Origin: the human T2T-CHM13v2.0 reference genome, Homo sapiens
NCBI RefSeq assembly: GCF_009914755.1
Contig: NC_060926.1
Strand: one strand, 5' to 3'
Length of the DNA stretch: 64,000 nucleotides
The notes beneath the pieces are model-generated. The model did not search any database and had not been told where the DNA came from. It saw nothing but the letters and a program-made list of their open reading frames with translations. Within the stretch, counting starts at the first letter, position 1. Each line of letters opens with the position of its first letter. This document shows, piece by piece, positions 16,065 through 31,828 of the stretch. A program made the translations under genes and the position numbers.

Positions 16065-17175
16065 TAAACAGAGAGATATTCCATGTTTATGGATAGAAAG
16101 ACTGAGTATTGTCAAAATATCAGTTCTTTCAAACCTGATTCACAGATTCAATGCAATCCCAATCACAATCCCAGCAAGTTATTTTGTGCATAATGACAAA
16201 CTAACTCTAAAGGTTATATGGAGAAGCCAAAGACCCTGAATAGTGAAAAATATCGAAGGAGATGAATAAAAGTTGAAGAACTGAGACCGTCTGACTTCAA
16301 AATGCACTACATGGAGACTCAAATCAGGACCTTGTGGTACTGGCGAAAGAATAGACAAATCGATTAATGGGACAGAATAGAAAGCACAGAAACAGCACAG
16401 AAACAGACCCATATAAATATAGTTAACTTGTCTTTGACAAAGAAGCAAAGGAAATACAACGGAGAAAAGATAGTCTTTCCAGTAAATGGTGCTGGAACAA
16501 ATGGACGTTCACATGCCAAAAAGTGAATCTAGACACAGACCTCACAACATTTACAAAAACTAATTCAAACTGAATCACAGATTTAAATGTAAAACACAGA
16601 ATGGTAAAACCCTATATGTAGGATAGTAATGGTGCAATCACATGCCTGGGTATTTACCCAAAGGAATTGAAAACTTATGTCCATACCAAAACCTCCACAC
16701 AGATGTTTACAGCAGCTTTATTCATAATTGCCAAAACTTGGAAGCAAACAAAATGTTTCTCCATAGGTGAACGGATAAACTGTGGTACATCCCAGACAAT
16801 GGAATATTATTCAGCACTACAAATAAATGGGCTATCAAGCCATGAAAGGACATAGAGGAACCTTAAATGCATAGTACTACATGAAATAAGCCAATCTGAA
16901 AAGTACTGTATGATTCTGACTTTATGACACTCTAGAAAAGGAAAAGCTATAGAGAAGATGAAAATTCAGTGTTTTCCAGGGGATAAGGGGAAGGGACTGG
17001 GCACAGAGGATTTTTAGAGCAGTGAAACTACTGTATATTGTAGTACTGAATATATGTCATTATACATTTGTCCAACTCATAGAATGTACACTAAGAATGG
17101 ACCCTAATGTAACTGTGACCTTGGGCGACCATGATGTGTCAATGTTGGTTCAACTGAAACAAATGCACCACTCTA

Positions 17176-17313
17176 GTGGGAGATGTCGGTGATGGGGTGA
17201 AGTGCGTGTGTAGGGCAGTGGGTGGGGGATGTTGGTGATGGGGAGAAGTGCATGTCTAGGGCAGTGGGTGGGGGATATTGGTGATGGGGAGAAGTGCGTG
17301 TGTAGGGCAGGGG
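17176..17313. repeat. Three tandem copies of a 46-bp G-rich unit
   Basis: Units start at 17176, 17222 and 17268; the middle copy reads gtgggggatgttggtgatggggagaagtgcatgtctagggcagtgg. Confidence 0.92.
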
Positions 17314-18070
17314 GCATGTGGGACATCTCTGTACCTTCTGCTCAATTTTGCTGTGAACTTAAAACTGCTCTCAAAAATGTCTACTAAAAACAAACAGAAA
17401 ACAAGCAAAAACCCTACTTTTCTCTGTGCTGTTGGTCTTCAGAGAAAGGAGCGGCATCTTCAAAGTATAGTAAAAGCCTCACAACTGGAGAAGTAATCAG
17501 CATCAGGAAAGCACTCACTAAACTTTCTGCCCAAGGCCAAATTAACTGTCTTTTCTGCGCTCCGAAATACTCAGAAGACTCTTGAAATTCCACTGAGTAT
17601 AGAACCCAAAGCCAACTGGATTTCAAACAATTCCAAGTTCACAAACTCAGTCAGTCTGTCCCTGCGCTTTTCTTACAATGGGGAAGCACTGCCAAGCCCT
17701 GCAGAAGATGGTGGGAAGCAGTGCTTATCTGGTAACGGAACACCTCCTTAAAATGAACTCTTTCCAGGTTGAAAATTCCCCTGTTCCAACTTCTACTATC
17801 ATTTGAAGTGATGAACACAAAAAGAAACACACTTCTCCCCACAATCTTGTCCTGTCTTTGGCATTTTAGAGCTTATCCACCATAGTTTCTTATGTTCCAA
17901 GAAAATTACATTCTTTTGGTATTCTTCTAGGGTGTTAGTAATGTCTTGAGGAAACAATGTGGGTTAGAGATGATCAGAACACTGTGACATGAGCCGTATG
18001 AAATAAACCTGGACTATATTTAAATGTCTGAAAAACCGGATAATAACCCAAACTGGATAACAAGCCAATA

Positions 18071-18499
18071 TTTTTTTAAACTTTTATTTTAAGTTCATGG
18101 GTACATGTGAAGGATGTATAGGTTTGTTAAATAGGTAAATGTGTGTCATGAGGGTTTGCTGTACAGGTTATTTCATCACACAGGTATTAAGCATAGTATC
18201 CATTAGTTATTTTTCCTGATCCTCTCTCTCCTCCCACCCTCTGCCCTCTGGTAGGCACCAGTGTGCATTGTTCTCATCCCCATGTCCACATGTTCTCATC
18301 CTTTAGCTCCCACTTATAAGTGAGAACATGAGGTATGTGGCTTTTTGTTCCTGAGTTAGTTTGCTAAGGATAATGGTCTCCAGCTCCATCCATGTCCCTA
18401 CAAAGGAAATTATCTCATTGCATTTTAATGGCTGCATAGTATTCCACGGTATATATGTACCACATTTTCTTTATCCAGTCTATCACTGATGAACATTGA
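18071..18499 (-). mobile_element. 5'-truncated L1 (L1PA13-16 type) 3' end
   Basis: ttttattttaagttc...ggtacatgtg...tagttatttttcctgatcctctc; TSD aagccaa(t/c)attttt near 18062 and 18502. Confidence 0.9.
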
Positions 18500-18959
18500 T
18501 GAAGCCAACATTTTTAAGAATAGGTGTATAAATGAATACAGAAAGTCAAAAATGGGAAATGGGTCCAATGTCTGAAAGATAAGCACATGGAGGAAAGAGA
18601 GGGCTTCAGAGTGGGCCCAATAAATTCATGTCAAGGAAGTCAGCTCCTGCAGGACCAAATGCCTGGCTAGGTGTACAGGAAACAAAAGTGTGGTGGCATC
18701 ACCAAGAGGGTCTGGGCAACAAAATCAGGCACAGGTACAATAAATATTCAGTAGACATCTATTGAAAGAAAGAATGAATTTATGAAGATTTAGGTATCAG
18801 AAAGGAAGAACTGATTCCAATACATGATGGCTGTCATCTCAAATTGAGAATATTCAAACCTAACAAAATTAATACACTTATGAAGACCATGTTATCAGAA
18901 ATTGGAAATAAATTCCAGTAAATGTTGACTAACACCAGAAACTCAGTATGTTCAAACCC

Positions 18960-19400
18960 AACTAAAACCATGTCAGTGTGGCATCACCATTCAGCCCCTC
19001 ACACAAACAAGGAATCTGGGAATCATCCTCGACTCCTCCTTCTCCCCCGTTTGCCCGAGTCCTCATGCCACCAAGTTTTTTTGCTTCTACATTCTACATA
19101 CTCTTGAAATATTGCCCCTTGTTTCCATCCTCATAGCCACTGTGATTCAACTGTCTTTATCAACTTTCACTGAGACCGTGGCAGTGACTTCTTCGTCACT
19201 GTGCCCAGCTTGGGTCTCATCCCTACTACCACCACTACCCAAACTGTGGGCTGGGTAATCTTTCTAAAACACAGACTCTATTACAGCATACCTTTGCTTA
19301 AACCCTTCTGGTGACCTTCCCCTGTCTACAAAATAAAATGGAGAGCATTTGGGCCCTATGTGCCTTTCCAATCTCATCTCTTGTCATTTCCCATCTTGAT
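18960..19400 (+). mobile_element. L2 fragment
   Basis: ggcatcaccattcag...ctgggaatcatcctcgactcctc...tttgcttaaacccttc. Confidence 0.65.
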
Positions 19401-22204
19401 CACACTGGGACTAGAAATATGAAAGGCAGAATAACACAATTGTTAGGAGCTGAGCCACAGCAGTGCTAGACATTGCCAGTGGTACCTGTGTGACATAAAG
19501 GGGACACTGTCGCTGGTATATCCCATTCCTATAGGAAACTTGGATTCCTTTTTAGATGAGTACATATAACCTTACAGCTCTGTAGAGAGGCCCAAAAGAA
19601 ATTGTAAGTAGTGTATTCATTTGTGAGTAGGAAAAAATGTCTGAGGTATCAGAAGTAATGTTTTTGGAGTTCCCTGCATAAAAGGTATTAGGGGAAACTA
19701 ACATACAAAAAAAGAAAATTCTTACAGATGAGTGTCTTGTCTGGTTTTTCTGAGTCATCACATTTTTTTCCTATACACTGGACTCTCTCATTCATTTGTA
19801 GCCATCCACCAGACACCCATATACAGCTATTATTTCTTATTTTAGGTTAATATTGCCAAGAAGTTACATAATCAAAACAGAAAATCTGCCAAAAATCCCA
19901 AACTGTATAACTATTCATTTCAAAGCCAAATATAAATTATTTGAGATTAGCCAAAGTTTCAAATTATTATGTGTATCAGTGGATTCTGAAAAGCATACAG
20001 GCTGGAATAAGCATAGTAAAAATGACAGAGCAAGCTTCTTGAATTCTTGGTGAATGCTGCAGCAAATAATTTTGCCAACAACCACACTTCCTAAACCTCA
20101 TTAAGCAAGTAGGAAAGAATAAACTATTCCATTACCATTCCTCAAACTGGAGAAAAAAATCTAGGAGGAAAAGCCAGGGGAAAGCACCCAACAAAAGCAT
20201 TTCACCTCAAAAGCTCTAAGGTAGAGCAATTTGAAGTTAGAAAAATGGGTTTAAGTAGCTACTTTGGTTGATTTCTGCCTAGTTAGGCTTCCAGTGACCC
20301 CCTAATTTGCCTGGAAATAATGCAGAGACCACCTACCGTGTGCAAAGCAGTGTGACATTTAGAACAAAGGTGGCAGAATCTCAATGTTCAAAAGAACACA
20401 TACCACATGAGGTAGGGGACTCAGAAGAAGGAAGTAAGAACTGGGCTCACTTCCATTTACTTACCAGGCTAGGGATGGAGCCATCTGAGGGCTAAGCCCC
20501 AAACTGGCCTTGGATTCATGAGACCAGGAAAACCCCTGATCCACACAGGGAGCAGTCTAATTGGCTGGGGGCAGGGCTGCTCTCATAACCCACCCCAAAC
20601 AGTGGCAGTCACAAGCGAGGACAAACTTGGAAGGAGGCAGGGCTTCCCAGGTGTGTTATATGAACCACCGGCTTTTTGGAAGATTAGACAATCCCCATAA
20701 AAAGATACCTTAATAGCTATATGCTGATGTCTGTATATATTAGAAGAATATAAAAAATAAAACTAACCTATTAACCTCGTGATTTCTATGCTAAGTTTTA
20801 AAAAGTTGACAAAGAAAAATGGTAAGTAAATGATAGTACAGATCTTACTAGGATATGGACACATCATTAAGATTATATCCAAATGAGTGAAGTTTAGAAA
20901 AGCCTGGACTAGACCAAAGAGATAAGATAAAGCAAGTCCATGGAATGAAAAAAAACTTCTAAGGCTAACTCTGAAAAAAACGTATATATGATACTCTCAC
21001 AAATTTTTTTCCTGCCTTTTAGATAAATTACAGACACTAAACATCTGAATTATAGTGTAGACTATCAAATTTTGTCAGGACAACCAGTTTGGAAAACCTG
21101 CATCCCACTTCTCAGCTTCTATCTGCCAAGTTTTGCATCCAATTGCCCCTTCCACTGCATGCAAACCTCAGGTGGGGTGTGGGAGTGAAGAGTAACAGGT
21201 GTAATTAACCTGCCCACACTTCCTTCCCAAGTCTAGCTGTTGCAGCAGTCTGGGAGCATCCCACAGCCAGGGAAAGGGTATTGAAGGGAAAGCAGTATCT
21301 GCCACCTAGGAAATTAATTGAAAAGAAGGAAACCTTCCTCCGTTCTGTCTCACCCCAATTCAGAACATGTTAATTGCAGAGAGGCTAAGTTCATTAAGTG
21401 CTGCTTAACTGTTGTCTGAAGATTATCACATATTAAATGTAAAACCTAACAGTCTTCACTCTTCTGATAAAAGTTTGTAAGAGTATTTTTCCAGAAGCCC
21501 AATCTGGAATGATTGTGGAGCGGTGACTTGTTAAGGAGCTTACCCTGCCAATGTGTATGTGGGCACTTTGTTTCTAATTATTTCAATAAACGAGCTTTAT
21601 AAGAAATCCTAGTAATAAAGTAACTTATGCCACAGAAGAATAAATCCTGGTGCTCTCAATATCCAGATAACATAACCATGCTATTAAGCACTGCCTCGTC
21701 AATAATGGTAGTCTTTGTATAATGATAGAACTCTATTTACATAATACACCAACAGTGCCTAATGCAAAACAGGGTTTACATATAACATTAGTTGAATTTA
21801 CAGCATGAATTCACATTCCACCTTTGCATTGGTCAGAAAACATTATTTCACACTTCACTGCTCTAACAAATAAATTAATAAAGCTCACCTCATCTCCAGT
21901 AAATCCCGACGTGCATACCTCGTGATTCAAAATAATAATAACCTCCAGTCTTGTCCTTGCATGTCCTTTGAATCATTCTCGGAGAGACAATCATTTTCTG
22001 GACTACCCCACCCTGCATCTGAACTCCAGATGTGTTCAAACTGGATTCTGGCCAAAGCTAGAGAAGTCTCAGGGATAGTGACGATCTCATCATTTTATGT
22101 CAAGTGAAGGGAGGAAAGTTACCAGGATTTTCTTGTTTTCCTTAAAAATTCACAAAATACCAAGTCTCATCTTTCTAGGGTAAGAATTCAGTAAAACACT
22201 CCAT

Positions 22205-22360
22205 GCCTGTATCTTTACTTGAATTGTCAGCTCCATGTGGACAGGAACCATGGCCTTCTCATTTATTCACTTTTCTGTCCCTTAGTTCCTGGTACAGACA
22301 GGTGCTCAATGCCTGACACATAGTAGGTTTTCAGTAAACACTTGTGGAATCAATGAAAAA
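22205..22360 (+). mobile_element. L2 3' end
   Basis: ttgtcagctccatgtggacaggaacc...tgcctgacacatagtagg...gaatcaatga. Confidence 0.7.
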
Positions 22361-22574
22361 CCTTACTAATATTGCATCTCAGATTGGAGAAAATGATCCA
22401 AGGTAATGTCAGCGCACTTCAAAGTGCAGTAAAATGCAGCTGTCATTTATGTATCAGAGACTTTATACCCATCCCTGTGTAAGATATTCTGTGAGAAGTA
22501 AATAATAAAAATTGGGATTTATAGTCAGATGAAGGGAAACAGCCCAGTGCAACCGAAATACCAGCAAGTGAATA

Positions 22575-22990
22575 GATGTATGTACATAATTGGAAAGATG
22601 TTCATACTATTACAATATATAACTGTCAAAAAGCAAATTGCAGAAATATGAGAGAGGGAAAAAAATTATTTTTGGCCCCTTTGAATCTCATCCTGTGGAA
22701 CCTAAAAGCAAATTTCTCCTTTTAGAAAGAAATAAAAAGATATTTATTTATTCCTTCTATGATATTTATTTGTATATTTATGTGCAGACAGACAGATGAA
22801 TAAGATTTATCCTAGTATAAGAAAAAGTCTAAAAGGGCACACACCAACCCATTCAAACTGTTTATAACAGTGCTATTAAATCTAAAAGGTAGAGTTTGGG
22901 AGAAGATTTTTTTTCACTTTCTATTTAATGCATTTCTGCATTGTCTACATTTTTTTACAGTGAGCAATTTTTTTTAGTAAAACAAAACAA
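22575..22990 (+). mobile_element. L1ME-type 3' UTR fragments
   Basis: tggaaagatgttcat...aaaagcaaattgcag...acacaccaa...ttttacagtgagca. Confidence 0.45.
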
Positions 22991-23314
22991 TTAGAATTTT
23001 TTTAATGTTATAAATAACTAACTACATTTGTGGTATATATTGAGTGTTTTAGGAGCTCAATAAAACTTTAATTGTCTGGAATATAATTAACCAAAGACCT
23101 CAATCAACCAGTATTTTTCCTCTACATTCTACTCTTAGAAAAAAAGAAGCAAATCAGATAAAAATAAATTCATATCAAGAATTTATGGAGCAGTTGTATT
23201 TTTCCAAGGTAAGTAGCTTTAGGGTCTTGTCTAACTTCCAAACATTCAGCTCTAATGTATCCATCTCCATGTTGTCTGTACAATGATGAGTGTTGTTCAG
23301 ACCTTTGCTATTCT

Positions 23315-23462
23315 ATCTGTGCTGCCAGGCAAGCACCTTGTCAGGATCTCAGGCCCAATCAGACTTACTGAACCAGAATACCTGGAAGTAAAGTCCAGGA
23401 ACCTGGGTTTTAACAAGATCCCTAGGTAATATGTTTGCACATTAACTTGGAGAAGCACCAGT
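23315..23462. mobile_element. MER5A-like hAT-Charlie MITE
   Basis: tctcaggccc...cagacttactgaaccagaa...ttttaacaag...gcacattaacttggagaagcac. Confidence 0.65.
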
Positions 23463-24199
23463 TTAGAAGACTAACCCCTGAGTTCCTGCATGATCCTCAA
23501 CCTATAAAGGAAGACTTATTTTCATCAGATTGTCCATTTAAAAATAGAAAAGTAGACATTTTACATATACTGCAGGAAGTGCTAAACAATGTTACCCACT
23601 GAACAAAATTAACTAGACATATATTGAACCCCCTCTTATCCCACAAAATTGTTGGAAATGACATTAGAGCACAACACAGTAAAAGATAGATAGTCAAAAA
23701 TTTCAGCTCCAGAACAAGTCTGGGAAAGTAGAATCCTGCAATTACTTGTTTTAACCATCAGATAGTGCTTACACATTGGCAGGGAAAACAGAAGGCCATA
23801 TCTCAGGACGAGGATGACAAGGCATGGCACTTAGGCTGCTGCCAGTCCCCATTCCATACCAATGACAGACATCGTCAGTCATGGTGCTTTCTCATCCCAC
23901 CCAAGATGCTGCACCAGAATCCTTCTCAATGGATATCACAGGTACTCATGTCTCATGAATCAAAGTTAGCACTTAAGAAGAAACATTTCTAACGTCCCTA
24001 TTTGAAAACTGCTGGACATGATAAATAACCTGATTAAGAGATGATAAATGAAACATGAGTGATTTAAGTCCTCATCGGGTGGGCAAACCAAATATGAGAG
24101 ATTCAAAATAGCCAAGAACTGCTCCCTCTATCCAGAAATGTATTTATTTACCATTCCTCAAACTGTTTGTTTAGTGTAGGCAAAGATTAGAAATTAGAA

Positions 24200-24375
24200 T
24201 AAATGAACATTAGAGCCAGGAGAACTCTTATAGACTATCTAGTTCAACTGCTTCTCTTACACAGGAGGAAATACTGATCTAAAGAAATCACAGTGGCCAA
24301 ATCCCATAGCTAATTCTGGCAGAACCCAAGTGGGAATCAATGCTTATCTAACCAGGATTTCTCCCATTGCACCAA
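24200..24375 (-). mobile_element. MIR SINE
   Basis: atctagttcaac...acaggaggaaatactga...atagctaattctggcagaaccc. Confidence 0.55.
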
Positions 24376-24639
24376 ATGGCCCCTAAAGCCATAGCAGCCA
24401 CTGGCACCATAAACTGGATACAAATACACATGTGGATTCAGAAACAGAGAATCACATCACCCCTAGCTCTGGGGATAAACCAAACTCATGTAGTGGCGGA
24501 CCATGCTCCTTGGTAAGAGGCTATAGCCAGCCACCAGGGAGCTCTGCGCTGAAGTTTGGGTAAGCCCACAAAGGGGAAAGCTCCTCCAGAGGCCCTGCAC
24601 AGTTACTTCTGAGAGACTTGTGTTCTTAGATCTCCCCAA

Positions 24640-25605
24640 GGTATTCCAATTTAACACATGCAAAATCAAACTCATGATTTGCACGACACATCCATGCCAG
24701 AACAACAAACCTACTCCTCCTCGTCTGATAGTTGTCTTTGAGTAAAACCACTCTTCACACAGTTATGCAGGGCTGAAAGCTAAGAGTCATCCTTGTCTCC
24801 CGCCTCTTCCTCAATCTCAAATTCAACGAACATCATCATCAATTATATTCTTAGATGTCTTGGGGATCATCCTCTTCTCTATACCTACCCCATTACTATG
24901 GTAGTGTTAAATACTCTCACCTGTTGGCTTAGTCTTCTGCAATAGCTTGTTAACTGATCTCACACGTGTATTATGCCCCTCCCTCGAATCTGTTCACCAC
25001 ACAGTACCTAGAGTGACTTTTTGCAAATCAGAATGGTATGCCACTCACCTTCACTTAAACCATTCAATACCTTCTCATTGGTTTTAACATGACACTCAAG
25101 TCCCTACAGGATCTGACCGCTGTCTACGTCTCCTGCCTCACCCCTTAACTCTCTGCACACCACACTGGTCCCCTCTCACTTCCCCTGCTCCTCATAATTC
25201 CTTTGACTGCAGGGCCTTTATACATGCTACCTCCTCTTTCTGGAGCCATCTGCATCCTTCACATCCCAGTTCCAGATGTAAGGCCTCCAAGAAGCCTTTT
25301 CAGGTTCCACTGAATATGTTACTTCTCACAGGTAAGCATTTACTCTCTCATGAATAAGCATTTGTTTTCTTAGGAGACTTTCATCTGTTAATAATTAGAC
25401 ATTCATTGGGGCATTATATGATCAATGTCTGTCTCCTTACTCACCACCCCATTCTCTGTAGTCTGGAGAGTTCAGGACAGCAGGAGAGATGCTAGAATCT
25501 TTGTCCTCTTTAGTTCATCATTTTGTCCTCAGTGTCTTACCAAAGGCAACACACAGTAGACATCTAATAAACACTGAATTGAATGAATGAAAAAATGAAC
25601 AAATA
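24640..25605 (+). mobile_element. L2 (L2a-like) 3' kilobase
   Basis: tttaacacatgcaaaatcaaactcatga...gagtcatccttgtctcc...cagggcctttatacatgct...ttgaatgaatgaa. Confidence 0.75.
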
Positions 25606-25924
25606 AAAGCCTTGTATTTAAGCATAAGCCACTGATTATGCTTAAATTATTATTCACAGCTTCCAGGCACATGTAAAAGTGATGCATTCTAGGATTGCTT
25701 TTTTTAAAAAAAATTTTTTTATTATACTTTAAGTTCTAGGGTACATGTGCACAGTGTGCAGGTTTGTTACATATGTATACATATGCCATATTGGTGTGCT
25801 GTACCCATTAACTTATCATTTACATTAGGTATATCTCCTAATGCTATCCCTCCCCACTCCCTTCACCCCACAACAGGCCCTGGTGTGTGATGTTCCCCTT
25901 CCTGTATCCAAGTGTTCTCATTGT

Positions 25925-29728
<3,804 letters not shown>

Positions 29729-29791
29729 TATGATGTTAGCTGGTTATTTTGCTCGTTAGTTGATGCGGTTTCCTCCTAAACTTGATGGTCT

Positions 29792-30804
29792 TTACAATTT
29801 GGCATGTTTTTGCAGTGGCTGGTACTGGTTGTTCCTTTCCATGTTTAGTGCTTCCTTCAGGAGCTCTTGTAGGGCAGGCCTGGTGGTGACAAAATCTCTC
29901 AGCAGTTGCTTGTCTGTAAAGGATTTTATTTCTCCTTCACTTATGAAGCTTAGTTTGGCTGGATATGAAATTCTGGGTTGAAAATTCTTTTCTTTAAGAA
30001 TGTTGAATATTGGCCCCCACTCTCTTCTGGCTCATAGAGTTTCTGCCGAGAGATCAGCTGTTAGTCTGATGGGCTTCCCTTTGTGGGTAACCCGACCTTT
30101 CTGTCTGGCTGCCCTTAACATTTTTTCCTTCCTTTCAACTTTGATGAATCTGACAATTATGTGTCTTGGAGTTGCTCTTCTCGAGGAGTATCTTTGTAGC
30201 ATTCTCTGTATTTCCTGAATTTGAATGTTGGCCTGCCTTGCTAAGTTGGGGAAGTTCGGGATAATATCCTGAAGAGTGTTTTCCAGCTTGGTTTCATTCT
30301 CCCTGTCACTTTCAGGTATACCAGTCAGACGTAGATTTGGTCTTTTCAAATGGTCCCATATTTCTTGGAGGCTTTGTTCATTTCTTTTTATTCTTTTTTC
30401 TCGAAATTTCTCTTCTTGCTTCATTTCATTCATTTGATCTTCAGTCACTGATATCCTTTCTTCCAGTTGATCAAATCGGCTACTGAAGATTGTGCATTCA
30501 TCACATAGTTCTTGTGCCATGGTTTTCAGCTCCATCAGCTCCTTTAAGGACTTCTCTGCATTGGTTATTCTAGTTAGCCATTCATCCAATCTTTTTTCAA
30601 GGTTTTTAACTTCTTTGCGATGGGTTCGATCTTCCTCCTTTAGCTCAGAAAAGTTTGATCATCTGAAGCCTTCTTCTCTCAACTCATCAACGTAATTCTC
30701 CATCCAGCTTTGTTCCATTGCTGGTGAGGAGCTGTGTTCCTTTGGAGGAAGAGAGGTGCTCTGATTTTTAGAATTTTCAGATTTTCTGTTATTTTTTTCC
30801 CCAT
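29792..30804 (-). pseudogene. L1 ORF1 (RNA-binding chaperone), disrupted
   Basis: ORF 30032-30589 contains EKSLKELMELK...RPNLRL...ATPRHIIVRF...PIRLTADLSAETL; ATG at 30804. Confidence 0.93.
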
Positions 30805-31828
30805 CTTTGTGGTTTTATCTACCTTTGGTCTTTGATGATGGTGACGTACAGATGGGGCTTTGGTGTGGATGTCCTTTCTGTTTGTTAGTTTTCCTTTTAA
30901 CAGTCAGGACCCTCAGCTGCAGGTCTGTTGGGGTTTGCTGGAAGTCCACTCCAGACTGTTTGCCTGGGTATCAGTAGCGGAGGATGCAGAACAGCAAATA
31001 TTGCTGAACAGCAAATGTTGCTGTCTGATCATTCCTCTGGAGGTTTCGTCTCAGAGGGGTACCCGGCCGTGTGAGGTGTCAGTCTACCCCTACTGGGGGA
31101 TGCCTCCCAGATAGGCTACTCGGGGGTCAGGGACCCACTTGAGGCAGTCTGTCCGTTCTCAGATCTCAACCTCCATGCTGGGAGAACCACTACTCTCTTC
31201 AAAGCTGTCAGACAGGGACATTTAAGTCTGCAGGATTTGTGCTGCCTTTTGTTCAGCTATGCCCTGCCCCCACAGGTGGAGTCTACAGAGGCAGGCAGGC
31301 CTCCTTGAACTGTGGTGGGATCCACCCAGTCCAAGCTTCCCGGCCACTTTGTTTACCTACTCAAGTCTCAGCAATGGTGGGCGCCCCTCCCCCAGCCTCG
31401 CTGCCACCTTGCAGTTTGATCTCAGACTGCTGTGCTAGCAATGAGCAAGGCTGCGTGGGCGTGGGACCCTCCGAGCCAGGTGTGGGATATAATCTCCTGG
31501 TGTGCTGTTTGCTAAGACCATTGGAAACACGCAGTATTAGGGTGGGAGTGACCTGATTTTCCATGTGCAATCTGTCACAGCTTTGCCTGGCTATGAAAGG
31601 GAATTCCCTGACCCTTTGCGCTTCCCAGGTGAGGTGATGCCTCGCCCTGCTTTGGCTCACTCTTGGTGCACTGCACCCACTGTCCTGCACCCACTGTCCG
31701 ACAAGCCCCAGTGAGATGAACCCGGTACCTCAGTTGGAAATGCAGAAATCACCCGTCTTCTGCGTCACTCATGCTGGGAGCTGTACACTGGAGCTGCTCC
31801 TGTTCGGCCATCTTGGAACTGCCCCCCA
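30805..31828 (-). promoter_or_regulatory. L1 5' UTR: internal sense promoter and antisense promoter
   Basis: Position within the full-length L1; YY1 core CAAGATGGC is retained (cggccatcttgg, 31805-31816). Many CpGs have decayed and activity is unknown. Confidence 0.7.
31374..31556 (+). pseudogene. L1 antisense ORF0 homolog, 60 aa, truncated
   Basis: MVGAPPPASLPPCSLISDCCASNEQGCVGVGPSEPGVGY...IRVGVT* matches primate L1 ORF0; the stop is a probable CGA>TGA change. Confidence 0.85.

Noticed and set aside
17176-17313. Tandem repeats as a CRISPR-like array
   Set aside because: Head-to-tail copies without unique spacers, in a eukaryotic TE context.
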